From a virus: DNA of 64,000 nt. The DNA is taken from the IMG/VR virus record IMGVR_UViG_3300050821_024094, positions 1-64,000 of that record; one strand, written 5' to 3'. The position numbers and the translations under genes are program-made. The notes under the pieces were generated by a model. That model ran no database searches, was not told the DNA's origin, and was given only the letters and a program-made list of their open reading frames with translations. The stretch's first letter is position 1, and every line of letters starts with the position of its first letter. Below are positions 9,226 to 19,246 of the stretch, piece after piece.

Positions 9226-11013
9226 TTACTGCGCGTTGAGCAGGAAGGCGTCGAGGACTTCCGTGTAGTAGCCCGCGTTGCGGTGCGCACGGAACGTCAG
9301 ACGCTCCAGCGGAGCCGGCGGCTCGATGTCGAAGTCGATCACGAGCTGACCGTTCTGGAGCTGCGTGACCGGATTGAGCGACTTATCCAGCCAGGCTTTG
9401 CCGTCGATGATGGCGCCCTGCGCTGCGAGCGTGCGCAGCGCAGCATTGACAGAGCCCTCGATCCAGTCGAGCAGGCCGAGATTGATCGGCTTGTCGACAG
9501 CCTCGCGCATCGCGTTCTCGATCGCGTCGTAGACCTGATCCGCGGTGCGGCGAACCGGCAGGAACTTCCAGACCGATTTCGAGGTGGGCGAGCGGGTGCC
9601 GAGCACGCGGAAACCGGCGTCGTGGACAACGACCGCGATCGCCTGCGAGTTGAGGAGCTGGCCTTCGACGGTCGAAGAGGTGAACGACCAGTCGATGATC
9701 CGGTTGACACCGACGACGCCGTTGAGCGGCTGGTTCGAGGCGGAGTACCAGAAGCCGAAGTTCTGGTCCATGTAGGCTTGCATGCCGGCGAGACGCGGAG
9801 CAGCGGGCTCTACGACCGCGACGTTGTTGATGGCGTCCCACACCTGCACGCCGCCTTCGACGATCCAGAGGCGATCGGTGTCGAAGTCGTTGCGCCAGGC
9901 GATCGCGTCGACATAAGAGGTGCCGGGCGAGTCCGCGATGATGATCGCGCGCATGTCTTCGGCAACGCCGATCAGCTCCGCGACCACCGGGTTGGCGACA
10001 TGGCCGAGAACCGCGGTGAGCACCGCGCCGGAACCACCCAGGCCGCCGATGAGCGTCGCACTGCCCCAAGTGGCCACAGCGCTGGACTTGGTCGTGGCAA
10101 TCGCATTCGCCGCAGCGTTAGAAGCCTTCGAGGTGACGACCAGCGCCGTGCCGGTGCCTGCGGATGCAGTCACCAGCGTGTGAGCGGCCGTGCCGGTGCC
10201 GTAAGCGGTGCCGGACCCGGTCCCAGCGTTGATGGCTGCGATCAGGTTGGAGACCGTGGTCGCTGCGTCGACGCCGAGCTTGACCTTGTTCGCCGCGTCG
10301 ATGGTCGCGGTGATCGTGTAGGTGCGAGAGCCGATCGTGACGGTGTCGCCTTCGGCCGCATTGGCGGTGAAGGTGAGCGTTCCGTTAGCGGGCGCGGCCG
10401 ACGAGTCGGTGACGGTGAGCGTCGGAGGAGCGCTAAACGCGAAGCCCTTCTTCTGCGGGACGACAGCAGTGATGCCGCCGTTCTGGACGACCGGGAGGTA
10501 GGTGTCGCCTTGCCCATCACCGGCAGAGGTGATGATCACGTTGGCGGCGGAGAGATAGCCCTGGCCGCCAGTGTTAACGTCAACGCTCGCGACACCATCG
10601 GCAGGACGCTGCGCGGTGTAGCCCGGCACGATGAGGATTTTCGGGATCAGGCTGAGCAGGGCCTTGGCCTTCTTCAGAGCGAAGAGGCCGGTGAGTGCGG
10701 TCTGCTGACCGATCAGGTTCGAGAGCTGGACGTTCGTGGTTTGCGATTCGGTCACGCGCACCAGGACCACATCCGCGCCGAACTGATCGAAGACGCCTTC
10801 GATCGCATCGGGCAACGTGCCCGTGGTTCCGAGCGCAAGCGCATCGCGCGCGTTGCCGGCAATCAGGATAGGTTCGTTGATCGGGAAGAGGTCGGGGTCC
10901 GCGTCCGGCGCGGTGCCGACCAGACCGATGACGTTGGACGGCCCGAGTTGGATCGGACGGATTGCGTCATCCACCTCGATCGTTTCAATGCCATGACGAT
11001 ATTCGGTGACCAT
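9226..11013 (-). CDS. Contractile tail sheath (P2 FI-like) with large inserted domain
   Basis: HGIETIEV, VIGLVGTAPDAD, GFWYSASN, VRRTAD, PPAPLERL. Confidence 0.93.
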   Translation of the reverse strand: MVTEYRHGIETIEVDDAIRPIQLGPSNVIGLVGTAPDADPDLFPINEPILIAGNARDALALGTTGTLPDAIEGVFDQFGADVVLVRVTESQTTNVQLSNLIGQQTALTGLFALKKAKALLSLIPKILIVPGYTAQRPADGVASVDVNTGGQGYLSAANVIITSAGDGQGDTYLPVVQNGGITAVVPQKKGFAFSAPPTLTVTDSSAAPANGTLTFTANAAEGDTVTIGSRTYTITATIDAANKVKLGVDAATTVSNLIAAINAGTGSGTAYGTGTAAHTLVTASAGTGTALVVTSKASNAAANAIATTKSSAVATWGSATLIGGLGGSGAVLTAVLGHVANPVVAELIGVAEDMRAIIIADSPGTSYVDAIAWRNDFDTDRLWIVEGGVQVWDAINNVAVVEPAAPRLAGMQAYMDQNFGFWYSASNQPLNGVVGVNRIIDWSFTSSTVEGQLLNSQAIAVVVHDAGFRVLGTRSPTSKSVWKFLPVRRTADQVYDAIENAMREAVDKPINLGLLDWIEGSVNAALRTLAAQGAIIDGKAWLDKSLNPVTQLQNGQLVIDFDIEPPAPLERLTFRAHRNAGYYTEVLDAFLLNAQ

Positions 11014-11090
11014 TGAGGGCAGCCTCCATTATCGGGCAGCCCGGTCACCGGGTGCCTCTGAGGGGTTCTTGGTTTTGTGGCGAAGCGGCG

Positions 11091-11729
11091 TTACGTCGTG
11101 ATCGCCGCGAACTGAGCGTCGATCTGCGCAGTCGTCGTGATCGTGGGTGGGGTTGCCTTGATGGCGGTGACCACCGTCATCTCCTTGCTGAAGCAGGCTT
11201 GGACATGCGCGCCGACCGCATCCGCGATCGCCGTGATTTGCGCAGCCGTGAGCGTGACAAAAGCACCGGTCGCGGTCTTCCAGTTGATGGCGGTCGTCGG
11301 GTTCTGCTGGCAGTAATTGAAGGCGCCAGCGAGCATGGCCTGACTTGCGCGGTCGGTCGTGACCGCAGCGCCACTGACCGTGATTCCGGCCGTCTCCTTG
11401 TTGTAGCGCGCCGTGGCCGCGTAGGCGACGAGACCATCCACGGTGAGGGGCGTGGCGTCGATCACCTGCATCACGACGTTGCCGACCTTCGCGAAGTGAT
11501 AACCGGTGACCGTCGAGCCATCGGTCGGGAGGGGCACCGGATCAACGCGATGGATACCGATCGCGTTAAGATCGACGTCGCCCCAGAGCGAGGTGATGTC
11601 GAAGGAGTGCGCAACCGGAGCATCGCTCGTTCCGGTGTTGATGAGGGTCGGAGCCCCAGTGCTGTCAAACGGGAACAACTCGACAAACACCCCGGGCGAG
11701 GTCTCGCGAACGATGAGCTTGTTGGTCAT
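11091..11729 (-). CDS. DUF4376-like tail-fibre-associated protein
   Basis: TDRASQ, WKT..G.FV.L, HVQACF. Confidence 0.7.
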   Translation of the reverse strand: MTNKLIVRETSPGVFVELFPFDSTGAPTLINTGTSDAPVAHSFDITSLWGDVDLNAIGIHRVDPVPLPTDGSTVTGYHFAKVGNVVMQVIDATPLTVDGLVAYAATARYNKETAGITVSGAAVTTDRASQAMLAGAFNYCQQNPTTAINWKTATGAFVTLTAAQITAIADAVGAHVQACFSKEMTVVTAIKATPPTITTTAQIDAQFAAITT

Positions 11730-11736
11730 GCTGTCC

Positions 11737-12099
11737 TCAGAACGGGATGGCGCGCTTGACGACGTTCGCAGTGTTCGGCGTCACCGACTTCACCACGGGC
11801 TCAAAAACCGTCGTGGTCTGCGAGGGCGAGGCGCGCTGCATGTTGAGGAGCACCGCACCGTCATCGAGCGCGCGGATGGCGTGCTTGTGATCGGGCAGAA
11901 ACTCCACCGGCAAGCCGCCAGCCTCGAAGGCGACTTCCCTCCCCTCCCCGTCGTAGCCGAGGAAGCGGCCTTTGATCGGGATCGAGAGGTGAGCGAAGTT
12001 GTGTGCGTGCATGGCGATTTCATCGCCTGCGCTTTCGAAGGTGTAGAGCGTCGAGTTCATGCCTTCGTGATGAAAGTATTGAGTCGCAGGACGTGCCAT
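11737..12099 (-). CDS. Cupin-fold protein
   Basis: MHAHNFAH plus downstream HKHAIRAL; beta-rich. Confidence 0.65.
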   Translation of the reverse strand: MARPATQYFHHEGMNSTLYTFESAGDEIAMHAHNFAHLSIPIKGRFLGYDGEGREVAFEAGGLPVEFLPDHKHAIRALDDGAVLLNMQRASPSQTTTVFEPVVKSVTPNTANVVKRAIPF

Positions 12100-12102
12100 C
12101 AC

Positions 12103-12837
12103 TCAGCTCCACGAGATCGAGACAGAACCATTGGCTCCGCCAGAACCGGCGGCCGATGGGGCGTTAGTGCAAGGCTCCCCGGCGCCTGCCGCGCCAACGA
12201 CCACGGTGATGATTGCACCTGCGGTAGGCGCCCCGACGTCGCTAGACAAAAACGTCCGTTGCGAGCGACCGCCACTGCCGCCTGTACCACCAGTTGCGTC
12301 ATAGGTGCCGCCTCCCCCCCCTGGCGCACCGCCACCCGTGGTGTTGGCCGTGCCACCTGTGCCGGTTCCTGGAGAACCGGCTCCGCCGCTTTGCGGTGCA
12401 TAGATCGGATTGCCACAGCAATCGGTGCCGGTCTGTACTCTGTAAGCGCCTCCTCCGCCGGTGCCACCGTTCCCGACCAAAGGCGTCGCGCTGCCGAAGG
12501 AGCTCGCGCCGGCGTTGCTCCCGCTGCCGCCGAGGGTGGACAGCCCTTGCCCGCCACCGGCGCCCGCACCCTTCACGTCGACTACGAGAGCGTTGTAGTT
12601 CGGGACGATGAAGCTGTACGTGCCCGGCGTCGCGTAGCTGGTCGAACCGGGGATGACGGCGGGCTTTCCACCGCCCAGCGGCATCATTCCGGGGATGGTG
12701 CCGATCGGCCGCACGACGCGACCACGCACGACTGCGTACCGCCCGATCCGCCGGCGCACGACGCGCCCGCGCTCGAACGCATAGCGTTCGTATCCCCCCG
12801 GCTTCGCCGGTTGGAAGTAGACGACCGCCCTTTGCAT
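12103..12837 (-). CDS. Glycine-rich tail-associated protein
   Basis: TPGTYSFIVP, GAGAGGG, GANGSVSISW. Confidence 0.65.
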   Translation of the reverse strand: MQRAVVYFQPAKPGGYERYAFERGRVVRRRIGRYAVVRGRVVRPIGTIPGMMPLGGGKPAVIPGSTSYATPGTYSFIVPNYNALVVDVKGAGAGGGQGLSTLGGSGSNAGASSFGSATPLVGNGGTGGGGAYRVQTGTDCCGNPIYAPQSGGAGSPGTGTGGTANTTGGGAPGGGGGTYDATGGTGGSGGRSQRTFLSSDVGAPTAGAIITVVVGAAGAGEPCTNAPSAAGSGGANGSVSISWS

Positions 12838-13685
12838 TAGCGAGCGCCCTTACCGACGAGTGAGAGGAAAATGCGCGTGGTGGAGAGGATCGTGTAGCCG
12901 AACAGGTTGTCCCGCGACGCGGCGCTGTCGATCGAGGCCGTCGCACCACTGTCGAAGATGTATCCAGACGTGCCTGGCACATCGAAGCCGAGCGTGAAGG
13001 CGCCGGTGGCGTTCTCCGAGATTTTGATCGTGCCGGAGCGTCCGACAACCGGGGTCAAGCTGACCGTCGGAAACTTCAGCGTGCTGTTCGCGGTGAGCGT
13101 GTAGGCGATGTGGACAAACTGCGTGAAGTCCGGCGTGAAGTTGCCGGACACGTTGCCACCTGCGACGGGTGCAAGCGCCGAGGAGAGCCCGCCGGTGTCG
13201 ATCGCGACACCTGCGGTCAGTGCTCGGATTTGAGCAACGGTCGCGATGTTCTCAGCCGAGACCGTGCCCAGCCCTGGCAGTCCAAGGTTGCTGACTGCCT
13301 GCGACTGCTGAGCGGGCGTTAGCGCCTGAGCCGCATCGAAGCGCAACCGATTGCCGAGCGCGGCCGTGAGCGTTCCGGCGAAGTTCGTGTCGTCGTTGAT
13401 CGCGTCCGCCAGCTCCTTGAGCGTGCTCAGCCCCGCCGGAGCTCCATTGAGCAGCGCGGTGAGGAGGGATTGCACGAACGCAGTGGTGGCGACCCTGGTC
13501 GAGCTGTCGGTGCTTACTTGCGTGGGCGCAATCGGGCTGGTGAAGTTGTAAAAGGCGACGCTTCCCGACGTCGCGTCCAGCCAAAAGATGATGCCATCAT
13601 GCTCGTTGATGGCAATCTGACCGGACAGCAGCGTGGTCGGAACGGCACCTGGCGTCGTCGAGCGAAGGATTTTGACCGTGCTCAT
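12837..13685 (-). CDS. Tail fibre protein
   Basis: ATTAFV, TLKELADAINDD.NFA motifs. Confidence 0.75.
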   Translation of the reverse strand: MSTVKILRSTTPGAVPTTLLSGQIAINEHDGIIFWLDATSGSVAFYNFTSPIAPTQVSTDSSTRVATTAFVQSLLTALLNGAPAGLSTLKELADAINDDTNFAGTLTAALGNRLRFDAAQALTPAQQSQAVSNLGLPGLGTVSAENIATVAQIRALTAGVAIDTGGLSSALAPVAGGNVSGNFTPDFTQFVHIAYTLTANSTLKFPTVSLTPVVGRSGTIKISENATGAFTLGFDVPGTSGYIFDSGATASIDSAASRDNLFGYTILSTTRIFLSLVGKGAR

Positions 13686-14005
13686 TAGAACGTGCCCCCG
13701 TCGAGCACCACGGTGGTGCTCAAGATGTTTTCAAGAGTGGCCACGTCAGCCTGCGCCTGCGCGACGAGCGCATTGGTCGCGTTGATCTGATTGGTCAACG
13801 ACTGGATCAGCGGCGCGAAGGTGGTGTTGAGGCGGCTGATGCCGAGCGCGGTGACTTCGGCCACGGCCGCGTCGATCTTGGAGAACGTGCCCTCGAGCGC
13901 CGCGAGGCGCAGGTCGATGTCCTGGAACTTCGGATTCCAGCGCGTCGGGTCGCCCAGGTCGTCGCCCTGCTTGATTTTGTAGAGCTGGTCATAACGCTGG
14001 GCCAT
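13685..14005 (-). CDS. Hypothetical tail-region protein
   Basis: Coupled ORF; coiled-coil; LDGGTF end. Confidence 0.55.
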   Translation of the reverse strand: MAQRYDQLYKIKQGDDLGDPTRWNPKFQDIDLRLAALEGTFSKIDAAVAEVTALGISRLNTTFAPLIQSLTNQINATNALVAQAQADVATLENILSTTVVLDGGTF

Positions 14006-14009
14006 CGGA

Positions 14010-14276
14010 TCACCCCACTACCTTGGCGCCCGAGATCGCGTCGCGGTTGGTTTCCGCGAAGTCACCGCGCGCGACGACGTCCTGGCTCGGTCGCAGCGCG
14101 ATTCCGCTTTCGAGCAGAATGGTTCGCGTGAGCCGCACGCGGTACTGCTTCGCCGGATCGAACGTCGCGGGCGGGGGCGGCAGGCCGTCGCTGAGCGCGA
14201 GCAGCGCAGCCTTGGCTGCCTTATGGTTTGCCCGGCCGGATCGCGGCTGGGCGACGGGCGTCATGGCCATCTGCCA
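14010..14276 (-). CDS. Hypothetical tail-region protein
   Basis: ORF in operon; start uncertain. Confidence 0.4.
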   Translation of the reverse strand, partial: WQMAMTPVAQPRSGRANHKAAKAALLALSDGLPPPPATFDPAKQYRVRLTRTILLESGIALRPSQDVVARGDFAETNRDAISGAKVVG

Positions 14277-14290
14277 AACTCCAAAGTCGG

Positions 14291-14328
14291 GGAAAGGAAA
14301 GAGGCGCGGCCATCGAAGGCCGCGCCTT
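14291..14328 (-). terminator. Probable intrinsic terminator
   Basis: AGGCGCGGCC/GGCCGCGCCT stem followed by CTTTCCTTT on the minus strand. Confidence 0.55.
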
Positions 14329-14341
14329 TGCTGTCGCTAGA

Positions 14342-16951
14342 TCAGAGCGCCCAGAAGACGCGCTCAGCGACGTGGAACGTGTTCGCCACGGCATTCGTCG
14401 TTCCATCGATGACGATGGTGAACGTCGTGATCCCCGGCGCTGGCGTGAACGTGAAGTCGATCTGGTACTGGGCGATGCTCGCGTCCAGCAACGTCGACGC
14501 CGTCGCGATCGGGCTCAGATACCCAACGCCACCACCTGTCAGCGTTGCGCCGGAGAGGGTTGCGCCGGAGACCGTGGTTACGAGCGTGAAGGAGTTGCCG
14601 CCCGCGCCGCCGGTCTTGTCCGTGATGCTGAGGACCGTGGTCGTCACCGAGTAGGTGCACTTCGCGATCTGGGCGTCGGCCGAGGCCGAAAGGAACGTCG
14701 CCAACGCAGTCAGCGTCGCGGCGAGGTTCGCCCCGATGTTGACCTGATTGCCGGTCGCCCCGGACGTGACGAACGTGACCGTCGTCCCGTTGAGAACGAT
14801 CGTGGTCCCGGTGGCCGGGTTCGAGGTGAGGGTGACCGAGCCGGTTGCCAGCGCGAAGTTGCCGTGGAGCTTGGCTGTGCAGGTATGCGCGACCGGGTTG
14901 AAGCCCTCCACCAGCAGGCGGACCGTGATGTTGGTCGAGGAGGACGGCAACACCTCCGAGGAGGAGACGTGGCGGAACGTGTTCGCCGGACACCAGATTT
15001 TACAGATCGAGTCCGTGAGCTTGATGCCAGGGGCAACAGCCGGCGTGCCGACGAAGCGGGCACGGAACCGCGCGAGCACCGGGGCCGTAGCGAACGGCAC
15101 CAGTGGGTTATCGGGCGTGATCGGCAGCCAGGTGCCGGTTCCATCCGGCAACACCTCGAAGATGAGGTCGCAGGAGGCCGGCACGATCATGCGCGCCGTC
15201 AAGTCGATGTCGCGGATACCGCCGCCGAGGTTGAGCGCCCCGAGTTCGATCGTGACCTGCGGCGCGCGGAACTCCGCGGTGTAGACGCGGAGCATCATCT
15301 CCTTGGTCAAGTCGCCCAGGAAGTAGGCGCCGTCCGTGGAGTACATGAACGTGCCGTCGAGGTACGACCCGCCGTCCGCCATGCCGATCTGATGGTTCGC
15401 CGCGCAGGTGACGAGCACGCCCATGCGATCGCCCTTCGACGCGAAGGACGGCGTGATGGCGAGTTCGTTCCAGCCCTGCACGAGTGCCGCGCCGGCGATG
15501 TTCTGGTGCGAGATGACCTTGGTGAGGTCGGGCACGCCGTTCGTGCATTGACAGAGGGTTAGCCACACGTCGGTCGCCGAGGCCACCGACTGAATGTAGA
15601 TGCCGAGCTTGGTCACCCACATGTCGCTGGAGCACAAGAAGGTCTGGGCGAGCTGCGCACCGTTGACCGAGTGGTTGATGGTGTCGAGCTCCCAGTACGG
15701 CTCGGTCCAGGAGTCGTGCCACCAATATTGGTAGTAATGGATGAGATGGTTCGGATCGCCGTTGTCGGTAACCGTCACCGTCTCGTAGGTCGAGAAGTTC
15801 GGGAGCCACCAGGCCGGGGTTCCGGTCGCGGCACTCGTCTGCCAGGTCACTCCATTGGTGCAGACCGCGTAGGAGCCGCCATCGCGCAAGCGCGAGTAGG
15901 CAATGTCCTTCTCGACCAGTGCGTAGGTCTGGTAGCCGTACTGCCCCATCGCAATCGACGTGTTGAAGGCGCCGGTCTCAAGCTTCAGCGTGTTGTCATA
16001 GACCGGCAGAAGCAGGCCGTTCTGGTACGCTGCATTGGAGTCCAGCGGATTGAACAGCGAGAGCGCGAAGATGGCGGCGTTCTGAGCGGGGAACCGCACG
16101 CCCATGTCCACAAGCGCGTTCCAGCCGAGCGACTGCGTGTCGGCGGTGTCGCTCTGCGTGGTGTCTGGCCACAGGAAGTAGTCAGCGCCGTAGTCGGCGA
16201 AGGTGCTTGGGAGGCCGACTTTCGCCTTCACCTCTGCCATGTCCTGGTAGAGCTTGATGACGTCGGTGCGCTGGCCGGATTCGTTGAGCTTGTTCGCGAG
16301 GGCAGCCAAGTCGGCGGCGAGCGCGGACACGCGCGGCGCAATCTGGTTGTCGAAGTTCTCGACGTTCGAGAGGCGGTTATCGAGTGCCTCGGTCGAGGTC
16401 ACCTGTCCTGCCGGGAGCATTGTCACGGAGACGACGCCGCTCGTATCGAGCAACACGTTGGCAATGCCAACCTGGGTGGATGCGATCGCCGGAGCCTGCG
16501 GGTCCGGTCCTTCCGCGCCCTGGAGGACTGCGAGCACCGCGTCACGCGAGGAGGTCATGGCGACCGGCTGAGGTTCGGTCTGACCGGTGGTGACATTGGT
16601 GAGGAAGTCGCGGGTCTGCACGTCAACCTGGTTCTCGACGCCATAGGCGACGATGGTGACGATGCGCTGCGAGGATGCGGCCAGATAGGAGACGAGCGAC
16701 TGCACGGTCTGCGTCGGGAGCGAGAACACGGCGCCGGGCTGGCCGGCGGTGTTCTTGCCGTAGAAGCGACCTGGCGCCACCGTGATTTCGGCTTGGTTCG
16801 ACTTGACGGTGTTGAAGCCGCTATAGCGCAGCGTGCCCGTTACCGCGTCATAGACGAGATCGTCGAGCGAACCCCGGACATAGCCCTGGAGGTTGTTGTG
16901 ATCCGAGGCTTGCTGTTCTTGATAGTCTCGGAAGATGACCTGCTTTTCCAT
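14342..16951 (-). CDS. Large baseplate / tail-fibre attachment protein
   Basis: Start re-called at MEKQVIF; beta-rich; follows the gpI-like gene. Confidence 0.65.
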   Translation of the reverse strand: MEKQVIFRDYQEQQASDHNNLQGYVRGSLDDLVYDAVTGTLRYSGFNTVKSNQAEITVAPGRFYGKNTAGQPGAVFSLPTQTVQSLVSYLAASSQRIVTIVAYGVENQVDVQTRDFLTNVTTGQTEPQPVAMTSSRDAVLAVLQGAEGPDPQAPAIASTQVGIANVLLDTSGVVSVTMLPAGQVTSTEALDNRLSNVENFDNQIAPRVSALAADLAALANKLNESGQRTDVIKLYQDMAEVKAKVGLPSTFADYGADYFLWPDTTQSDTADTQSLGWNALVDMGVRFPAQNAAIFALSLFNPLDSNAAYQNGLLLPVYDNTLKLETGAFNTSIAMGQYGYQTYALVEKDIAYSRLRDGGSYAVCTNGVTWQTSAATGTPAWWLPNFSTYETVTVTDNGDPNHLIHYYQYWWHDSWTEPYWELDTINHSVNGAQLAQTFLCSSDMWVTKLGIYIQSVASATDVWLTLCQCTNGVPDLTKVISHQNIAGAALVQGWNELAITPSFASKGDRMGVLVTCAANHQIGMADGGSYLDGTFMYSTDGAYFLGDLTKEMMLRVYTAEFRAPQVTIELGALNLGGGIRDIDLTARMIVPASCDLIFEVLPDGTGTWLPITPDNPLVPFATAPVLARFRARFVGTPAVAPGIKLTDSICKIWCPANTFRHVSSSEVLPSSSTNITVRLLVEGFNPVAHTCTAKLHGNFALATGSVTLTSNPATGTTIVLNGTTVTFVTSGATGNQVNIGANLAATLTALATFLSASADAQIAKCTYSVTTTVLSITDKTGGAGGNSFTLVTTVSGATLSGATLTGGGVGYLSPIATASTLLDASIAQYQIDFTFTPAPGITTFTIVIDGTTNAVANTFHVAERVFWAL

Positions 16952-16959
16952 GCCTGCCT

Positions 16960-18237
16960 CTAAGCTCTCGGAGACCCGACCACGTAGGAGTCGACGCCTG
17001 CGATGAATGGACGCCCAGCCACGAACGCGGCGATGGGGCCTGATTGGATGAGGATTTTGTCGGAGAGCCGCTTCGCCGCTTCCGTGGCCCAACGGACGAG
17101 CTTCATGGGCTCGGGATTGTGAGGAACCCAGAAGCGCGTCTTCGGGATGAAGACGCCATCACTGGATGCCGCCCACGGGCTTCGCGTGCTCGGGACCGAG
17201 ACGTGCATGATCGCGGTGTGAGCCGGAAAGCCGTAGCGGCCGGTCCCCATGAACTGTGTGTTCGGGCGCTTGAGGCCGGTCGAGCCGTCGAACACCGCAT
17301 ACCGATCGAACACCCGGTACTTCGAGGTCGACGGGATGAAGTAGTTCCTGTGGCCCATCAACGAGCCGGTACCGTGAACGTAGTTCGATCCGGTGAAGAC
17401 CGAGCGTCCGCGCTGGCCTGGTTCGGTGACGAGCTCGGGTTGCGCGGTGATCGCCTGAAACGTTGGGCCGACCGCAATCCGCCACGGCGTCGTGGTGTTT
17501 GGCATGATGGTCGCCAGCCGCCGCCAGGCGTCCGATGGGATGAAGAACTTCCCCGCGTTCGATGGCGTATGCGTGAAGACCTTCTCACCAGCCGAACCGA
17601 CAAAGTGCAGTTGGTAATAGTTGCCGAAGTCGGTGACCGTGGTGTCGGTGTCGACACCGTTGACGTTCCAGGTCGCCTTCCGCTCGAGATGCTGCAAGGC
17701 GATCGACGGGATCGAGAACATCCCGGCCGAGTAGAAGTTGCGGCTCTTGGTGTTCGCCGAGAATTGCGATCCGATGAACGCCTTGTGCGGGCCGGCCGTG
17801 CCGGTATCGCGGAAGTAGTAGACGCGGACCTGCGGGAGAGTTTCCAGCCAGGATTCGCGCTCTGCCCTCGTGAGCGAAGGACCCGAGAAGATTTTGGCCG
17901 GCGGCTTATCGAACTTGAGCACCGTGCCGCCGACGTAGCGGACGTACTGTTCGATGGCGTAGGCGGTGCCCTTCTTGAAGTGCAGCGGGATCGAAGCGGC
18001 GATGACGTTGCGCTTGATCTGATCCGGCCAGTCCTGGTTCCAGATGTCGACGCTGCGCTCCCACGCGAGGAACGCGAGGAATTGAGCGGGCGTCGCCTGC
18101 GGCTGCTTGACCGTGTCGATCGGGACCGGGATTTGCGTGATCCGCTTGCCGGTCGCGGAGAGCGCCTGCATCAGCTCCGAGGAGCTGGTCGGAAGCAGAT
18201 GGTCCGCATACGGAACCACAGGGCCAACAGCGGTCAT
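16960..18237 (-). CDS. P2 gpI-like baseplate wedge protein
   Basis: LLP.SS, FLAFLAWERSVD.W, KR..I, H.KKGT. Confidence 0.88.
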   Translation of the reverse strand: MTAVGPVVPYADHLLPTSSSELMQALSATGKRITQIPVPIDTVKQPQATPAQFLAFLAWERSVDIWNQDWPDQIKRNVIAASIPLHFKKGTAYAIEQYVRYVGGTVLKFDKPPAKIFSGPSLTRAERESWLETLPQVRVYYFRDTGTAGPHKAFIGSQFSANTKSRNFYSAGMFSIPSIALQHLERKATWNVNGVDTDTTVTDFGNYYQLHFVGSAGEKVFTHTPSNAGKFFIPSDAWRRLATIMPNTTTPWRIAVGPTFQAITAQPELVTEPGQRGRSVFTGSNYVHGTGSLMGHRNYFIPSTSKYRVFDRYAVFDGSTGLKRPNTQFMGTGRYGFPAHTAIMHVSVPSTRSPWAASSDGVFIPKTRFWVPHNPEPMKLVRWATEAAKRLSDKILIQSGPIAAFVAGRPFIAGVDSYVVGSPRA

Positions 18238-18253
18238 GACGTGGCCCTTGTTG

Positions 18254-19246
18254 TCAGAAGATGCCGCCCTCTACGATCGCCGTAGCGGGTGGCGGGGGTA
18301 GGACCGGAGGAGCTTCGTCTTGGGTAGCGAGGACCAGGGTCCGCAGGTGCGGGATCTGCGTCCCGTCGCAGACGATGTCGACGAGCGAGGGCGAGGTCGC
18401 GTTGAGCACGCCGCCGACCTTGGCCGCTGCCAGGAGCGCGTTCGCGTAGACCGTCTGCCCGATCTTGTAGACGCTTGCGGCATAAGCCTGCACGGCCGCA
18501 GCCGACTGGGCCTTGATGAGCACCGGGTCAGGACCACGCGCAACGAGCAATTGGATCGCGGCGTCATACGAGACGACCGTCGCGTCGATGACCGAAGGAA
18601 CATCGGTGAGCGGGACCACGTCCTCTCGCTGGTAGAACGTGAGCAGCTTGACGATGACGTCATTGGCAACCGGCACGCCATTCGCGCCGGCAACGTAGAC
18701 GTTCACCCGACCGTCCGGGGTATCGCCTACACCGGGAGCGATCGCGTTCGCGTCAACGATGGAGATGTCGGTGGTGAGTGCCCAGTAGACGTAAGCGCCC
18801 CACGGACCAACGGTCGAGAAGGCGTCGGGCGCAAGCTGGATGCGCAGGCGAAAGCGATCATCGCTCTCCATCACCGCCGGCGTCGGCGGGGAAGTGGTGT
18901 TGTCTGCCGGCGTGACGACCATGCGCTGGACTTCGTAGTCCGCGCCGATCTGGTCGAGGTCGCGGCCCTCCGCATAGGCGAGCAGGAGCGCCTTGCACTT
19001 GTCGTTGATCTCCCCGCGAAGCAAGAGCTCGCGGTAGGCGTCGGCCTGGAGAACGATGGTGATGGGCTCGGACTGAAGATCGAGCGTGTCGAGGTTGGGC
19101 AGGCTGGGGTTCTGCGCCTGGAAAGCCGTCCACAATTGGGTGACGAGGTCGAGGCGGGCTTGGATGACCGTGTTGTAGTCGAGTGGGTCGATGACCTGCG
19201 GAGGAGGAAGCTGCGTCAGGTCGATGACCGAAAAGCGATTGGTCAT
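18254..19246 (-). CDS. Baseplate J-like protein
   Basis: IDLTQLPPP, AYRELLLR, LDQIGA, ESDDRFRLRIQLAP, PLTD. Confidence 0.92.
   Translation of the reverse strand: MTNRFSVIDLTQLPPPQVIDPLDYNTVIQARLDLVTQLWTAFQAQNPSLPNLDTLDLQSEPITIVLQADAYRELLLRGEINDKCKALLLAYAEGRDLDQIGADYEVQRMVVTPADNTTSPPTPAVMESDDRFRLRIQLAPDAFSTVGPWGAYVYWALTTDISIVDANAIAPGVGDTPDGRVNVYVAGANGVPVANDVIVKLLTFYQREDVVPLTDVPSVIDATVVSYDAAIQLLVARGPDPVLIKAQSAAAVQAYAASVYKIGQTVYANALLAAAKVGGVLNATSPSLVDIVCDGTQIPHLRTLVLATQDEAPPVLPPPPATAIVEGGIF

Noticed and set aside
11091-18237. Diversity-generating retroelement or invertible tail-fibre cassette
   Set aside because: No reverse transcriptase, invertase or template/variable repeat pair visible
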